Below, in pieces: positions 1-9,205 of a stretch of 53,276 nucleotides of DNA. The notes beneath the pieces were generated by a model. That model had not been told where the DNA came from. It saw only the letters and a program-made list of their open reading frames with translations, and did no database searches. Position 1 is the stretch's first letter, and the number at the start of each line of letters is the position of its first letter. The position numbers and the translations under genes are program-made. Origin of the DNA: Minisyncoccota bacterium. GTDB taxonomy: Bacteria > Patescibacteriota > Minisyncoccia > Phycocordibacterales > UBA9973. Location of the stretch: positions 310,468 through 363,743 of the forward strand of contig DASWWS010000001.1 of assembly GCA_036405895.1 (NCBI GenBank), given 5' to 3'.

Positions 1-1002
1 TTGCCCTTTTTCTACATAAGTATCCAAAAGCCCTGCATACGATGCATCCACTTGTTCAAATGCGCTCTTCACCAAAGATACGGCCGAGTCAAAATCAAAT
101 TTCTTTTTGATTGTACCTATCTTTACCGCTCGATCCGCCATAATGATTTTCTTTTCTCCCAAGAGCTTTGCGTGGAGCGAATAAAACCGCTGACTGAGCG
201 TAAAGTTTTTTGTCACCATTGCAATCAATGCTTCGACCTCCTTTTCTTCATTTTCGTACCCCAATACGGTGGCGCTGTACGGCTTTTTATATCCGCGTCG
301 CTCATCCATAATTTTTTTGTAGTTGTATATAGCGTTGATCTCAGCCTCTGCAACAGAACTTTGTGCTTCTAGTACTGCATTCACTGCATCGGAGAGCACG
401 TGCCTCTCCTTTTTTGGTAAATCACTGATAATAGAAAGGGCTTTGGGAAGAGGCAACTCCTCACCTTTATGCTTCACCATTTTTTGCGTAAGAATTCGAT
501 CCTGCGCATCCACCCACATGCCGAAAGCCGGCTGCGACAACAAATCAGCCAATTGCTCTTCTTGCTCGGTGAGCATATATTTTGCGCGCTTGAACAGTTT
601 CTCCAATTTATACCGAAACGGCTCAAGAATAGGATCTTCGAGAAAGATTTTTTGCTTTGATGACGAAACTTTTCCGATCACAAGCGAAAAGAACGTCAAC
701 TTGTTTGTTGCAAGACTCATGCGCTGCTCAATTCGCGTTGCGGCTGCGGAAACGCTGGAGTTCGCACTATCCAAATCACTCTTCAGTGCAAAGTAAGCCC
801 ATGATTTTCCGATAATTTTATCTGACAATACTTGATAGTCCTTAAGAGCAGAAAAAAGAGATTGCGCCGTTGCAGTAAAATCCTTATTCTTGTATTTTTT
901 TTCAAATGCAGTGCATGCCTGTTCAAGAACAATAATATCCTTCTCTATCTGCGGGTCCTTGTCGTTTTTATACAACAGTCCCAAATTCCACTCTGTTTTC
1001 AT
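1..1002 (-). CDS. pepF: Oligoendopeptidase F-like (M3B family), N-terminal part; the 3' end runs off the window
   Basis: This ORF is not in the supplied track. My translation of the minus strand from ATG (complement of cat at 1000-1002) gives MKTEWNLGLLYKNDKDPQIEKDIIVLEQ...KYMLTEQEEQLADLLSQPAFGMW... and stays open to base 1. The layout resembles the PepF N-terminal helical region. The catalytic HExxH would lie outside the window. Confidence 0.55.
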   Translation of the reverse strand, partial: MKTEWNLGLLYKNDKDPQIEKDIIVLEQACTAFEKKYKNKDFTATAQSLFSALKDYQVLSDKIIGKSWAYFALKSDLDSANSSVSAAATRIEQRMSLATNKLTFFSLVIGKVSSSKQKIFLEDPILEPFRYKLEKLFKRAKYMLTEQEEQLADLLSQPAFGMWVDAQDRILTQKMVKHKGEELPLPKALSIISDLPKKERHVLSDAVNAVLEAQSSVAEAEINAIYNYKKIMDERRGYKKPYSATVLGYENEEKEVEALIAMVTKNFTLSQRFYSLHAKLLGEKKIIMADRAVKIGTIKKKFDFDSAVSLVKSAFEQVDASYAGLLDTYVEKGQ

Positions 1003-1066
1003 ACACCCATAATAGCAGAAAGCAAAAAAGCTCCATAATGGAGCTTTCCAGAAATAACAGAGAAAT

Positions 1067-1525
1067 TTAAAGCGGCTTTTGTTCGCTATTGTGCGCAATA
1101 TCAAGCTTGCGGATGCGTGCTTCAATGAACCAGAGCACGATAAAGGTAAAGAGGGTAAGAATAGTGACAAGGATTGCGAGCGGGTACATTCCAAATCCGC
1201 ATGCCATACCGATGCCGGCTGCAACCCACATGCCTGAAGCGGTGGTTATGCCGCTTATACGGCCTTCTGTGTGGAATATTGCGCCCACACCCAGGAAACC
1301 AGCAGCTGCGACAATTTGCGCTGCCATGCGAAGCGGGTCGAACATTGCTGCGGCGGAGTAGCTTGCCGCAACTTCCTGCGAAATAATAACAAAAAGCGCA
1401 GAGCCCATAGAGATAAGGGTGTACGTGCGCATGCCGGCTGTCTTGTGCGCAATAAAGCGCTCAACGCCGAGCACCATACCAAGTCCCATAGCCAGTAAAA
1501 GGTGAATGTAAATATCTTGTATCAT
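1067..1525 (-). CDS. MgtC/SapB family membrane protein
   Basis: The 152-aa ORF has 4-5 hydrophobic helices. The N-terminal LLLAMGLGMVLGVERFIAHKTAGMRTYTLISMGSALF is typical of MgtC. Confidence 0.8.
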   Translation of the reverse strand: MIQDIYIHLLLAMGLGMVLGVERFIAHKTAGMRTYTLISMGSALFVIISQEVAASYSAAAMFDPLRMAAQIVAAAGFLGVGAIFHTEGRISGITTASGMWVAAGIGMACGFGMYPLAILVTILTLFTFIVLWFIEARIRKLDIAHNSEQKPL

Positions 1526-1553
1526 GCACGCAGTATAACGCAGTGTGGCAAAT

Positions 1554-1584
1554 AAAAAAGCATCAGTATGGTGATGCTTTTCTT
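1554..1584 (-). terminator. Intrinsic terminator hairpin after the 1600..2010 gene
   Basis: Stem agcatca/tgatgct with a 6-nt loop. An A-tract and a T-tract flank it, giving a U-tract on the minus strand. Confidence 0.6.
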
Positions 1585-1599
1585 AGTGCGACTGTTCAT

Positions 1600-2010
1600 C
1601 TAGAGACAGCCCCTGGTGATTTCTCTGAGGACTCGCCCCACAGTTGATTGCCCGTGCCTGCAGTTTCGATTGCCGCAGTAACTTCTTCCGCCGTAGAAGT
1701 AATTTCCATTGCGGTAATAGCGCTGATTGCGCGCGTCGTAGTATCTACTATCGACATATCGGTCGCGCAACCCCAGACCAACATCGATTGGAACTATAGA
1801 CTGCCTGCGTGTGGTGTTGCGATAGTATCTCTCATCGAGCAAATTATACCGCGACCTATTACTGACTCGTTCGTATAAGCCTAAACCCTCAGCGGGTTGA
1901 GTTACAAACTGAGGCCTGGTTTGTTCGCCCCAACTGCGTCGAGTTTGAGCAAATAACGCATCAGTGGCGCACAACAGCACCACAATGCACAACAATATTA
2001 TTTTTTTCAT
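1600..2010 (-). CDS. Secreted Arg/Tyr-rich hypothetical protein
   Basis: Signal peptide MKKIILLCIVVLLCATDALFAQ, followed by repeated RYY(R/D)N-type motifs (DERYYRN, DSRYYDARNQRYYRNGNYFYGGRSY). Confidence 0.55.
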   Translation of the reverse strand: MKKIILLCIVVLLCATDALFAQTRRSWGEQTRPQFVTQPAEGLGLYERVSNRSRYNLLDERYYRNTTRRQSIVPIDVGLGLRDRYVDSRYYDARNQRYYRNGNYFYGGRSYCGNRNCRHGQSTVGRVLREITRGCL

Positions 2011-2065
2011 GATCCGAGTGTTTGATTCTCTTCAAGACTATGTCAAACCCTTTAGGGTGTCAAGG

Positions 2066-3139
2066 TTATGCAAAAGACTCCACAATTCCCCCTCCAATCA
2101 CCTGCTCGCCATCATAGACAACCAGCGACTGGCCCAGCGGCAGTATTTCATCGGTCGAAATGCGCAAAGTACTCGTATCAATCACCGTTACATCAATCAG
2201 TGCACCGTGGTAGCGAATCTGTGCCTGATACGTTTTATCTTTTTCCGGCTGTATATGCCAATTAAACTCTCGGAGCACGGCAGTTAGTGTGCCCCCTTTT
2301 GTGGCATCGCTCTTTTCTTTCGTTGAAACAGTGAGCGTATTGGTATCGATGTTTTTTCCGACAACATAATACGCAGTTCGCTCGGTATTTTTTTCTGTAA
2401 TGCGAAAGCCATGTCGCTCGCCGATGGTGTAAAACCATACGCCATCGTGCTCGCCCACAACTACGCCTTCAGTGTTCACAACAGGGCCCTTCTTTTGCTC
2501 AATATAGTGCGAGAGGAATTCGCGCATATCCACATCCCCGAGGAAGCAGATTCCTTGGCTGTCTTTTTTAGTGGACGTAAAGAGGTTCGCCTTTTCTGCT
2601 ACCTTGCGCACCTCTGTTTTTGGTAAATGCCCCAAGGGGAACATAATGTGTGCAAGTTCGGCTTGCGTAATCATCCACAAAAAGTATGACTGGTCCTTGC
2701 TCGCATCGACTCCTTTCATCAAATGCACTCCATCAGTTTGTGCATAATGGCCCGTTGCGATGTTAGTAGCACCAAGGCTTTGTGCATATTCCCACAAGAC
2801 GCCGAACTTGATTACACGGTTGCACAATACGTCCGGGTTGGGTGTGCGCCCTGTTTTGTATTCACTAATCATATATTCTGCAACGCCCGCCTTGTACGCT
2901 TCTTCGGCATCCAAAAAATAAAATGGAATATCAAGCGCAGCACACACCCGCATTGCATCGCGCTTCTCGTCCACCCACGTGCACGGCAGCCACTCAGGCG
3001 ACCATGTCTTTACGAATATGCCAATAACGTCATACCCTTCTTGTTTGAGCAAATATGCGGCAACAGACGAGTCCACCCCGCCTGAAATCCCTACTGCTAT
3101 TTTCTCTTTTTTCTGCTCTTTTACCGCTTTGATTTCCAT
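2066..3139 (-). CDS. mnmA: tRNA 2-thiouridine(34) synthase
   Basis: PP-loop motif GISGGVDSSVAAYLL. Full-length (357 aa) MnmA-like layout with the catalytic Cys regions (NPDVLCN, QGICFLG). Confidence 0.9.
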   Translation of the reverse strand: MEIKAVKEQKKEKIAVGISGGVDSSVAAYLLKQEGYDVIGIFVKTWSPEWLPCTWVDEKRDAMRVCAALDIPFYFLDAEEAYKAGVAEYMISEYKTGRTPNPDVLCNRVIKFGVLWEYAQSLGATNIATGHYAQTDGVHLMKGVDASKDQSYFLWMITQAELAHIMFPLGHLPKTEVRKVAEKANLFTSTKKDSQGICFLGDVDMREFLSHYIEQKKGPVVNTEGVVVGEHDGVWFYTIGERHGFRITEKNTERTAYYVVGKNIDTNTLTVSTKEKSDATKGGTLTAVLREFNWHIQPEKDKTYQAQIRYHGALIDVTVIDTSTLRISTDEILPLGQSLVVYDGEQVIGGGIVESFA

Positions 3140-3167
3140 TATGAATTGATACTAGCACATGAAGCGC

Positions 3168-3707
3168 CTACTTCAGCTTCATCAATTTCTTGAACACTTC
3201 ATAGGTTGCATACGCGTCCGCAAAAGCGCTGTGTGCGCGCTTGTTTTCTATTTCAAATTTCTCGCACAGTGCTCGAAGAGAAAGTTTTCCAATATCATCA
3301 TTGGTGTGCAGGATGCCAAATGCGAGCGCGATAGTGTCGAGCTTATGGTAGTGCATTTTGTTTTCAGTCCCGGTTTTCTTGAATGCAGCGTTTACAAAGC
3401 CGTAGTCAAACGTGAGGTTGTGGGCGACAAAAATCGCCCCTTCTGTTTTCTCGGCGAATGTTTTCATCGCATCCTCAAGGGTTACCGCAAAAAGCCAGTC
3501 AGCCGGGTCGTAGCCGTTTACGCGCAATGCTGCAGGCTCGGCATTTTCAATGTTTTGCGGTTGTATCTTTATGTCCAACTCGTCCACCACTGTCAGCACA
3601 TCGTCTTTCATGCGCGCGAGCACAAGCCCGAGCTCGATGATCTCGTGCTTGTCATGGTCGAGCCCCGTGGTTTCGACGTCTATAAAAGCGAGCGGTTGTT
3701 GTAGCAT
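3168..3707 (-). CDS. DEDDh 3'-5' exonuclease (DnaQ/epsilon-like)
   Basis: Exo I motif FIDVETTGLD, Exo II motif VAHNLTFDYGF and Exo III motif HSAFADAYAT. Confidence 0.8.
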   Translation of the reverse strand: MLQQPLAFIDVETTGLDHDKHEIIELGLVLARMKDDVLTVVDELDIKIQPQNIENAEPAALRVNGYDPADWLFAVTLEDAMKTFAEKTEGAIFVAHNLTFDYGFVNAAFKKTGTENKMHYHKLDTIALAFGILHTNDDIGKLSLRALCEKFEIENKRAHSAFADAYATYEVFKKLMKLK

Positions 3708-3708
3708 G

Positions 3709-4674
3709 TTATTTTAGGTAGCGATTGATATTTGCCTGGTGCTGCTGATACGTAGAGGCATAGTGTATTCCGCCTTGGGAATCATGTAAATAGTATAAAT
3801 ACGGAGAACTCTGCGGAGCAATTGCCGCTTTGATTGATTCGAGCCCGGGATTGTTAATCGGCCCCGGCGGAAGACCTTTGTATTTGTAAGTGTTGTATGG
3901 GGAATCCATGGCGAGATCCTTCAATGTCAATTCGCTTGATTCTTTATTCAATAAAAAGAGAAACGGTGCATCAACCTGAAGCGGCATATCGATTGAAATG
4001 CGCTTCCATAAAATCCCTGAAATGATTGCACGGTCTTCAGGGCCGTTTGCTTCTTTTTCAATAATGGATGCCATAGTTATGGTGTCCTCCAGGCTTCGCC
4101 CGCTTTTTTCAATATCCTCTTCCAGCGGTGTGATCTTCTTATCAAAATTGCGCTTAAGCGTTGTCACCACTAAGTCTGGCGCCAAGGACGGGAAGAATCC
4201 GTACGTGTCGGGGAACAAATACCCTTGGTCATCTTTCGCAAGCTCTAAAAAGAGCTCCTTGTCGAAATTCGGAAATGTCGCAGATAAACGGTCTGCCATA
4301 TTGATAGTGGTAAACCCTTCAGGAAATGTAATGCGCTCGCGGTCTATGCCAAACTGCTTGCCCGAAATGCGCATCGCAACTCCAAGCGCTGTCATCGGCT
4401 CAGAAAAATAGTACTCCCCTTCGCTGATGCTTTTTTCATTTCCCAAGGAAAGCATGAATATTTCAAACACGCGCGGGGATCGGATAACATTGTCAGCGAG
4501 CAATTCGTTGGAAACAGAAAAGAGAGTCTGCCCCGGCTCAATTGTCAAATGATACGGGATTGGAAAATTGTCCGGTGCTGCAAAAAAACGGTTGTACCCT
4601 ACAGCAAAGAGGCTTGCGCCGATAAGCAGCGTGAGAAAAGTTTTAACGATAAATCCGCTTTGATGCTTCTGCAT
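3709..4674 (-). CDS. mltG: Endolytic murein transglycosylase (YceG-like)
   Basis: N-terminal TM helix. YceG signatures GYLFPDTYGF, MASIIEKEA and LQVDAP, with NTYKYKGLPPGPINNPG. Confidence 0.85.
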   Translation of the reverse strand: MQKHQSGFIVKTFLTLLIGASLFAVGYNRFFAAPDNFPIPYHLTIEPGQTLFSVSNELLADNVIRSPRVFEIFMLSLGNEKSISEGEYYFSEPMTALGVAMRISGKQFGIDRERITFPEGFTTINMADRLSATFPNFDKELFLELAKDDQGYLFPDTYGFFPSLAPDLVVTTLKRNFDKKITPLEEDIEKSGRSLEDTITMASIIEKEANGPEDRAIISGILWKRISIDMPLQVDAPFLFLLNKESSELTLKDLAMDSPYNTYKYKGLPPGPINNPGLESIKAAIAPQSSPYLYYLHDSQGGIHYASTYQQHQANINRYLK

Positions 4675-4677
4675 ATA

Positions 4678-5925
4678 TTAAATAGGAAGGTTGCCTGGAG
4701 CTTCGGCTTTTTTGCTTTCGATGCGCTCGAATGTCGGCGTCTCTGCCACGCGGCCCGGCAAGTGATACAGCGTTGCGAGCTCTTCTGTGGAGAGGATAAA
4801 TGGCTTTTTGCCGGAAGTATTCGGATGACTAAAGTAAGTCATAGGGTTGCTGAGATCAAAATCTCCATAAAAATACTTTCGTTTTTTATATTCTTCGAGA
4901 ATTTCTCCTTTTCGCTCAAGCGTTTTCTTGCCGAACATATCCTGCCATGGAAAGTCGTGCCCGCCGGTAATGCTTGGACCATCGGGCTTGAAGCCGTTAA
5001 AGTCAGCCGATCCATACTGTCGCAGCATGCCCATGATTCCTGGGATACGGTTTGCATCAAAGCGGTCGGGATTTGTCACGTACAACAATCGAATACCTGC
5101 ATCAAAGCCGTACTTGTTGGCATTGCGCTCGATTGCTTCAATAACAGCGAGCTCGCCTTTTGTCGCGCGACGTGATCCTATAATTTTTCCTTCTGCATCT
5201 TTTTCCTTTAGACCTTCGTTGAACTTTTTAATCACATCCTTTGCGGCATCAGTCCACTTCTTGCCTTCTTTTCCATCCACAGTAAAACGCGCCGTGTCCC
5301 CCCGAACAATAATCTGCATCCAAATATGCTCGCCTGCGCCAATAGAACCCATAAATTCAAGGGTAGGCGTGATTGGGTCAATGCGCTCTTCTTCAGCAAG
5401 AGAGCCGACTGCTCGGTCAAGGCCGAAATCAATATAGGTCTTAATCGGATACGGGTCTTCTTTTGTAAGTGCCAGGTTCAACCCCCATACGCCAATAGGC
5501 CCATCTTTTTTGAATTCGGGAATGCGGTTGGTATAGTCCTCAACTTCCATGACTTCCGCTTGCGGATACTGCGCATAAATCTGACTTTCGATGAGCTTCT
5601 TGAATTTCTCGGATGTTCGTATATAAAAATGAAGCGCGCCTTCTGTTGAAACGATTTCAAGCGAAAAGTAATTGCGGACATTGCCCTGCCAGTATTTCTG
5701 ATACCAGTTTCCTACTCCTCCTGTTTGATAGAGAGAGTTGAGCACCAGCTCCATTGCAAGCGGGCTCTTAAAGACTTCTTTAGGAGGCTTCACTTCCAAA
5801 AGCACCCATTTAATCTTTCCAAGAAAAATTGTCTGAAGATACGAAAGCCACAAGTTCCAGGCAAGCGTCACTAAAATGGGGAGAAGTATTATTAAAACAA
5901 TGAGGTTTGCAAATCCATTCTGCAT
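4678..5925 (-). CDS. Membrane-anchored hypothetical protein (conserved-looking, no nameable domain)
   Basis: 415-aa ORF with an N-terminal TM helix (LIVLIILLPILVTLAWNLW). There is a 3-nt gap to mltG downstream. Confidence 0.6.
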   Translation of the reverse strand: MQNGFANLIVLIILLPILVTLAWNLWLSYLQTIFLGKIKWVLLEVKPPKEVFKSPLAMELVLNSLYQTGGVGNWYQKYWQGNVRNYFSLEIVSTEGALHFYIRTSEKFKKLIESQIYAQYPQAEVMEVEDYTNRIPEFKKDGPIGVWGLNLALTKEDPYPIKTYIDFGLDRAVGSLAEEERIDPITPTLEFMGSIGAGEHIWMQIIVRGDTARFTVDGKEGKKWTDAAKDVIKKFNEGLKEKDAEGKIIGSRRATKGELAVIEAIERNANKYGFDAGIRLLYVTNPDRFDANRIPGIMGMLRQYGSADFNGFKPDGPSITGGHDFPWQDMFGKKTLERKGEILEEYKKRKYFYGDFDLSNPMTYFSHPNTSGKKPFILSTEELATLYHLPGRVAETPTFERIESKKAEAPGNLPI

Positions 5926-5951
5926 AAAGAATGCATTCAGTATAGCACCCC

Positions 5952-6476
5952 CTATTGATTCACAAAGCGAATCGGCAATCGAGCGCCGCCGTTGGGCACC
6001 TGTGCTCCGGTATTTCGAGTACGGGTCACCAATACATATCCATTACCCGGTCGCGGAGGTACATTGAACTGTATAAATGCATTAAAGGCCCAGGTGTCGC
6101 GTGTTGCGCTCACCGGCACTACAGCGGCAGGAGAAAGCGGCAATCCTTGGGCGTCCACTATCGTAACAGTGAAAGTGTCCGGTGCTACAAAAATAGTATT
6201 GCAGGTTGTAATAGTACCGGCGACAGCCACACCGGTTGAGGTGATTTTCACCTTCTCAAGCGGTTTTGGTGCAGTCATCAGCAGCTTTCCGCAGTTGTTA
6301 AATGACGGAGCAAGAGCGTTCTTGTCTCCTTTGTAGGTGGCAACATCAGGCACTGTTATCGGCTTAATGCCGCTGCCTGTGCCAAAGAGCTTTCCCAAAA
6401 GTGCAAGCACGAGAATAAGGACGATAATAATTTCCAGTGCACTCCAGCCTCCTCCCGATGATCCGCCGTCAGCCAT
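5952..6476 (-). CDS. Membrane-anchored Ig-like (Gmad2-like) domain protein
   Basis: Gly-rich N-terminus followed by a TM helix (LEIIIVLILVLALLGKLF). The beta-rich C-terminal part (VAVAGTITTCNTIFVAPDTFTVTIVDAQG...WAFNAFIQFNVP...GYVLV) resembles Gmad2-type Ig-like domains. The fold call is an inference. Confidence 0.5.
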   Translation of the reverse strand: MADGGSSGGGWSALEIIIVLILVLALLGKLFGTGSGIKPITVPDVATYKGDKNALAPSFNNCGKLLMTAPKPLEKVKITSTGVAVAGTITTCNTIFVAPDTFTVTIVDAQGLPLSPAAVVPVSATRDTWAFNAFIQFNVPPRPGNGYVLVTRTRNTGAQVPNGGARLPIRFVNQ

Positions 6477-6482
6477 AATAGT

Positions 6483-7511
6483 TTAGAGGTTCGTGTAGCG
6501 ACCGTCTTCTAGTTTTGCAAAATAGTTCGGATTCTGAAGGTTCACCAAAATGGTGTTCTTCTTGAGGAAGCGCTCTTTGAGTACGCGGTCCACCACTTCT
6601 TCCTTGGTAAGCGGTCCTTCCTTTTCAAGAATTTCAGCAATCACTTCTCGGACAACACCCGGCTTGTAGCCCCATTCTGAAAGCGCGTAGTATCCGCGGC
6701 CAACAAGAACGAATCGGCTGTCTTTAATAAGCTCGTTGTGGGTTGTCGCAATGTGCGTCTTTCGCCCAAAGGTATCCATGATAGCCTTTGCAACTTCACG
6801 GAAGTGCATCGGAGAACCGTGCTTTCGCATCATCAAAAATGCGTAGTCTTTAATACCGCGAGTCTTGATGTTCTGAGAATCGGCTGGTCCCCATTCGCCG
6901 AGCGGATTCTTGCCAATCTTTTTTGAGATGCTTAGCCATCGGCGAGCAACTTCTTCATTCTTGTACTGTGCCGCAACTTCCTTGAGCTCATCAAGAAAGC
7001 GCACTACGAGGTCGTCTTCTGAAAGAAGCTCCTTGTCGTCGAGTCCGCGATACACGCTCTGAAGCGCGTCATGCACTACTTCTGAGAGGTCTTCGTTTAC
7101 CGTCCATCGCTTTTCAAAGTGGTCGTCTTCTTTAATGTGTTTGAATTCGTCTCCGAGCACGAGATAAAACCGAATGTGGTTTTGGACTGCTTTGTCCTTA
7201 GAAATTTGAGTAAGAAAATCTTCTTCATGCACCATGGCACCCATCGCTTCAACAAGGGTTTTTAGTTCGGTGAATACTTTGTCTTCGGTCTTGAATGTCT
7301 CGCTCTTGCGAATGCTTGCAAGTGCTGCATTTTCGATTTGTCGAACACGCTCGCGCGTAATGCCGTATTTTTTACCGATTGCTTCGAGTGTTTTTGAGTC
7401 GGCGGTGTCGCCGAGGCCGTAGCGGTGGACAATAATGTCGTACGCTCGATCCTGAAGATTCGAGAGCAATCGTTTGGTAACTTGTTTAGGTTTGAAGCTG
7501 ATAACTGCCAT
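6483..7511 (-). CDS. Sigma-70 region-4-like HTH protein with a C-terminal HARE-HTH-like domain
   Basis: N-terminal LEAIGKKYGITRERVRQIENAALASIRK is a region 4.2-like HTH. C-terminal KDSRFVLVGRGYYALSEWGYKPG is HARE-HTH-like. Confidence 0.65.
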   Translation of the reverse strand: MAVISFKPKQVTKRLLSNLQDRAYDIIVHRYGLGDTADSKTLEAIGKKYGITRERVRQIENAALASIRKSETFKTEDKVFTELKTLVEAMGAMVHEEDFLTQISKDKAVQNHIRFYLVLGDEFKHIKEDDHFEKRWTVNEDLSEVVHDALQSVYRGLDDKELLSEDDLVVRFLDELKEVAAQYKNEEVARRWLSISKKIGKNPLGEWGPADSQNIKTRGIKDYAFLMMRKHGSPMHFREVAKAIMDTFGRKTHIATTHNELIKDSRFVLVGRGYYALSEWGYKPGVVREVIAEILEKEGPLTKEEVVDRVLKERFLKKNTILVNLQNPNYFAKLEDGRYTNL

Positions 7512-7602
7512 ATTTTTGCTGAATTATTCTATTGCTATGTCCTATACTCTATCATACATCTTGGAATGCGTCAACATCTTGTCAAGACTTGCGCCTGTGG
7601 TA

Positions 7603-8661
7603 CTACAGAAGACGACCTACGTCCCCTACCGTCAAAACAAGCATCAATATCAGAAGCAATGCGAAGCCGACAGCGTGTATTATGCCGATAACATTTGGTG
7701 GGAAACGCCTTCTAAAAAGCGCTTCGAGGAGTACAACAACCAGTCGTCCGCCGTCGAGCGCGGGAAACGGAAGGATATTGAGGACTGCCAAATTGACCGA
7801 TATTGCGGCAGTGAAAGCCAAGAGGTACGTAAACCCAATCAGGGCTGCACCTCCCACTTCGCGAGCAAGTCCCACTGGCCCCATAAGCCCGTCCGTGCCT
7901 CCGGCTCCAAATAATCCGGCAATAAGCGTGCCAAGCGTGGTGAAAATACCGACTGTGATATTACTAATCTGAAGCCATGCTGCATACATCGCTGTAAACA
8001 ATGGCAGCTTCACGATTGCAATTGGTTCAATCGCAACGCCTATCAGTCGGTCCGTCGAAGTTTCGGGGATAGTCATGTCGGCAACTTTTGTCTCCCCTTT
8101 TTGCGTGTAGGAAATACTAATTGATCCATCGCTCTGCGAAATTGCATCATGCAAATTCGCCGTAGTGAGCTCTGCCACCGGCTCGCCGTCAACAATCACG
8201 CTCTCTATGATGTCACCCACTTCTATGCCGGCCGAGTCCACTAGCCCACCCGCTGTTACTGATACAACAGTCGGCACTCCGTCGGGGGTCGTGCTTGGCA
8301 TCCCTACCGTGTAAGCAATAGTGAAAAGCACAAACGCAAGAAGAATATTCATTACAACACCCGCAACCAATACGATTGATTTTTTGTACCACGGCTTGGT
8401 ATCAAATTGTCGAGACGGCGGCACAGCGCCGGGCATGCCTTCTTCGAGGCCGTTTTCCCCGGCAATTTTTACAAAGCCTCCAATCGGAAGCGCATTAATC
8501 GAGTACACTGTCTCCCCCCTTTTCCATGAAAAAAGCCTTGGAGGAATGCCAAAGCCAAATTCCTCAACAGCCATGCCGCTTTTTTTTGCAGCATAGTAGT
8601 GCCCCCATTCGTGAGCAATGACCGTAACAAGGAGAACAAGAATAAATATGATGATAGTCAT
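7603..8661 (-). CDS. rseP: Site-2 (M50) intramembrane zinc metalloprotease
   Basis: HEWGHYYAAK (HExxH) sits in the first TM helix. There is a central PDZ-like segment, and the C-terminal NILPFPALDGG motif is present. Confidence 0.85.
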   Translation of the reverse strand: MTIIIFILVLLVTVIAHEWGHYYAAKKSGMAVEEFGFGIPPRLFSWKRGETVYSINALPIGGFVKIAGENGLEEGMPGAVPPSRQFDTKPWYKKSIVLVAGVVMNILLAFVLFTIAYTVGMPSTTPDGVPTVVSVTAGGLVDSAGIEVGDIIESVIVDGEPVAELTTANLHDAISQSDGSISISYTQKGETKVADMTIPETSTDRLIGVAIEPIAIVKLPLFTAMYAAWLQISNITVGIFTTLGTLIAGLFGAGGTDGLMGPVGLAREVGGAALIGFTYLLAFTAAISVNLAVLNILPFPALDGGRLVVVLLEALFRRRFPPNVIGIIHAVGFALLLILMLVLTVGDVGRLL

Positions 8662-9198
8662 TTAACTAAGAATATCAGTTTCCTTCTTCTTAAACAGCGC
8701 TTCGAGCGAGTTATTTGCCTTATCTACAAGCGTTTGCAAGTCGTCTTTTGCGCCGCGCATCATGTCTTCTGAAAGGCCTTGATCTTTCAATGCGTTGAGC
8801 ATTCCTTCGCGTGCTTTACGGATAGTAATGCGAGCATCTTCAAGTCGCTCCTTTGCAATTTTTACAAGATGATTACGGGTCTCAGTAGTTAGCGCCGGGA
8901 TAATAACGCGAATGCCCGAATCATCAACTGCAATAGAGAATCCAAGATTGGCTGCATGAAGAGAGCGTTCGATGTCTTTGATCTGCCCTTTGTCCCACGG
9001 AGACACGCGAAGCGTCTTTGCTTCTTCAATAGTGGTGGATGCAACATTTTTCAATGGCTGCAAAGAGCCATAGGCTTCTACCATTACTCCGTCAAGAAGT
9101 GCCGGTGCAGCGCGGCCGGTGTGGATCTGTGAATATTCTTTTGAAAGCCACGCTTCCGCATTGGCCGCTTCTGTTTTGAATGGGTTTAAGTCGTACAT
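8662..9198 (-). CDS. frr: Ribosome recycling factor
   Basis: IHTGRAAPALLDGVMVEAYGSLQPLKNVASTT and IIPALTTETRNHLVKIAKE match the RRF pattern. The track ORF starts at a GTG at 9219. ATG at 9198 (MYDLNPF) avoids overlap with the upstream gene. Confidence 0.9.
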   Translation of the reverse strand: MYDLNPFKTEAANAEAWLSKEYSQIHTGRAAPALLDGVMVEAYGSLQPLKNVASTTIEEAKTLRVSPWDKGQIKDIERSLHAANLGFSIAVDDSGIRVIIPALTTETRNHLVKIAKERLEDARITIRKAREGMLNALKDQGLSEDMMRGAKDDLQTLVDKANNSLEALFKKKETDILS

Positions 9199-9205
9199 AG
9201 CGCTA

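Noticed and set aside
1-1038. Plus-strand track ORFs 1..372, 323..796, 469..660 and 832..1038
   Set aside because: They lie antisense to a long open minus-strand frame (1..1002) whose translation looks like the PepF N-terminal region. The plus-strand products are low-complexity Cys/Phe/Ser-rich nonsense.
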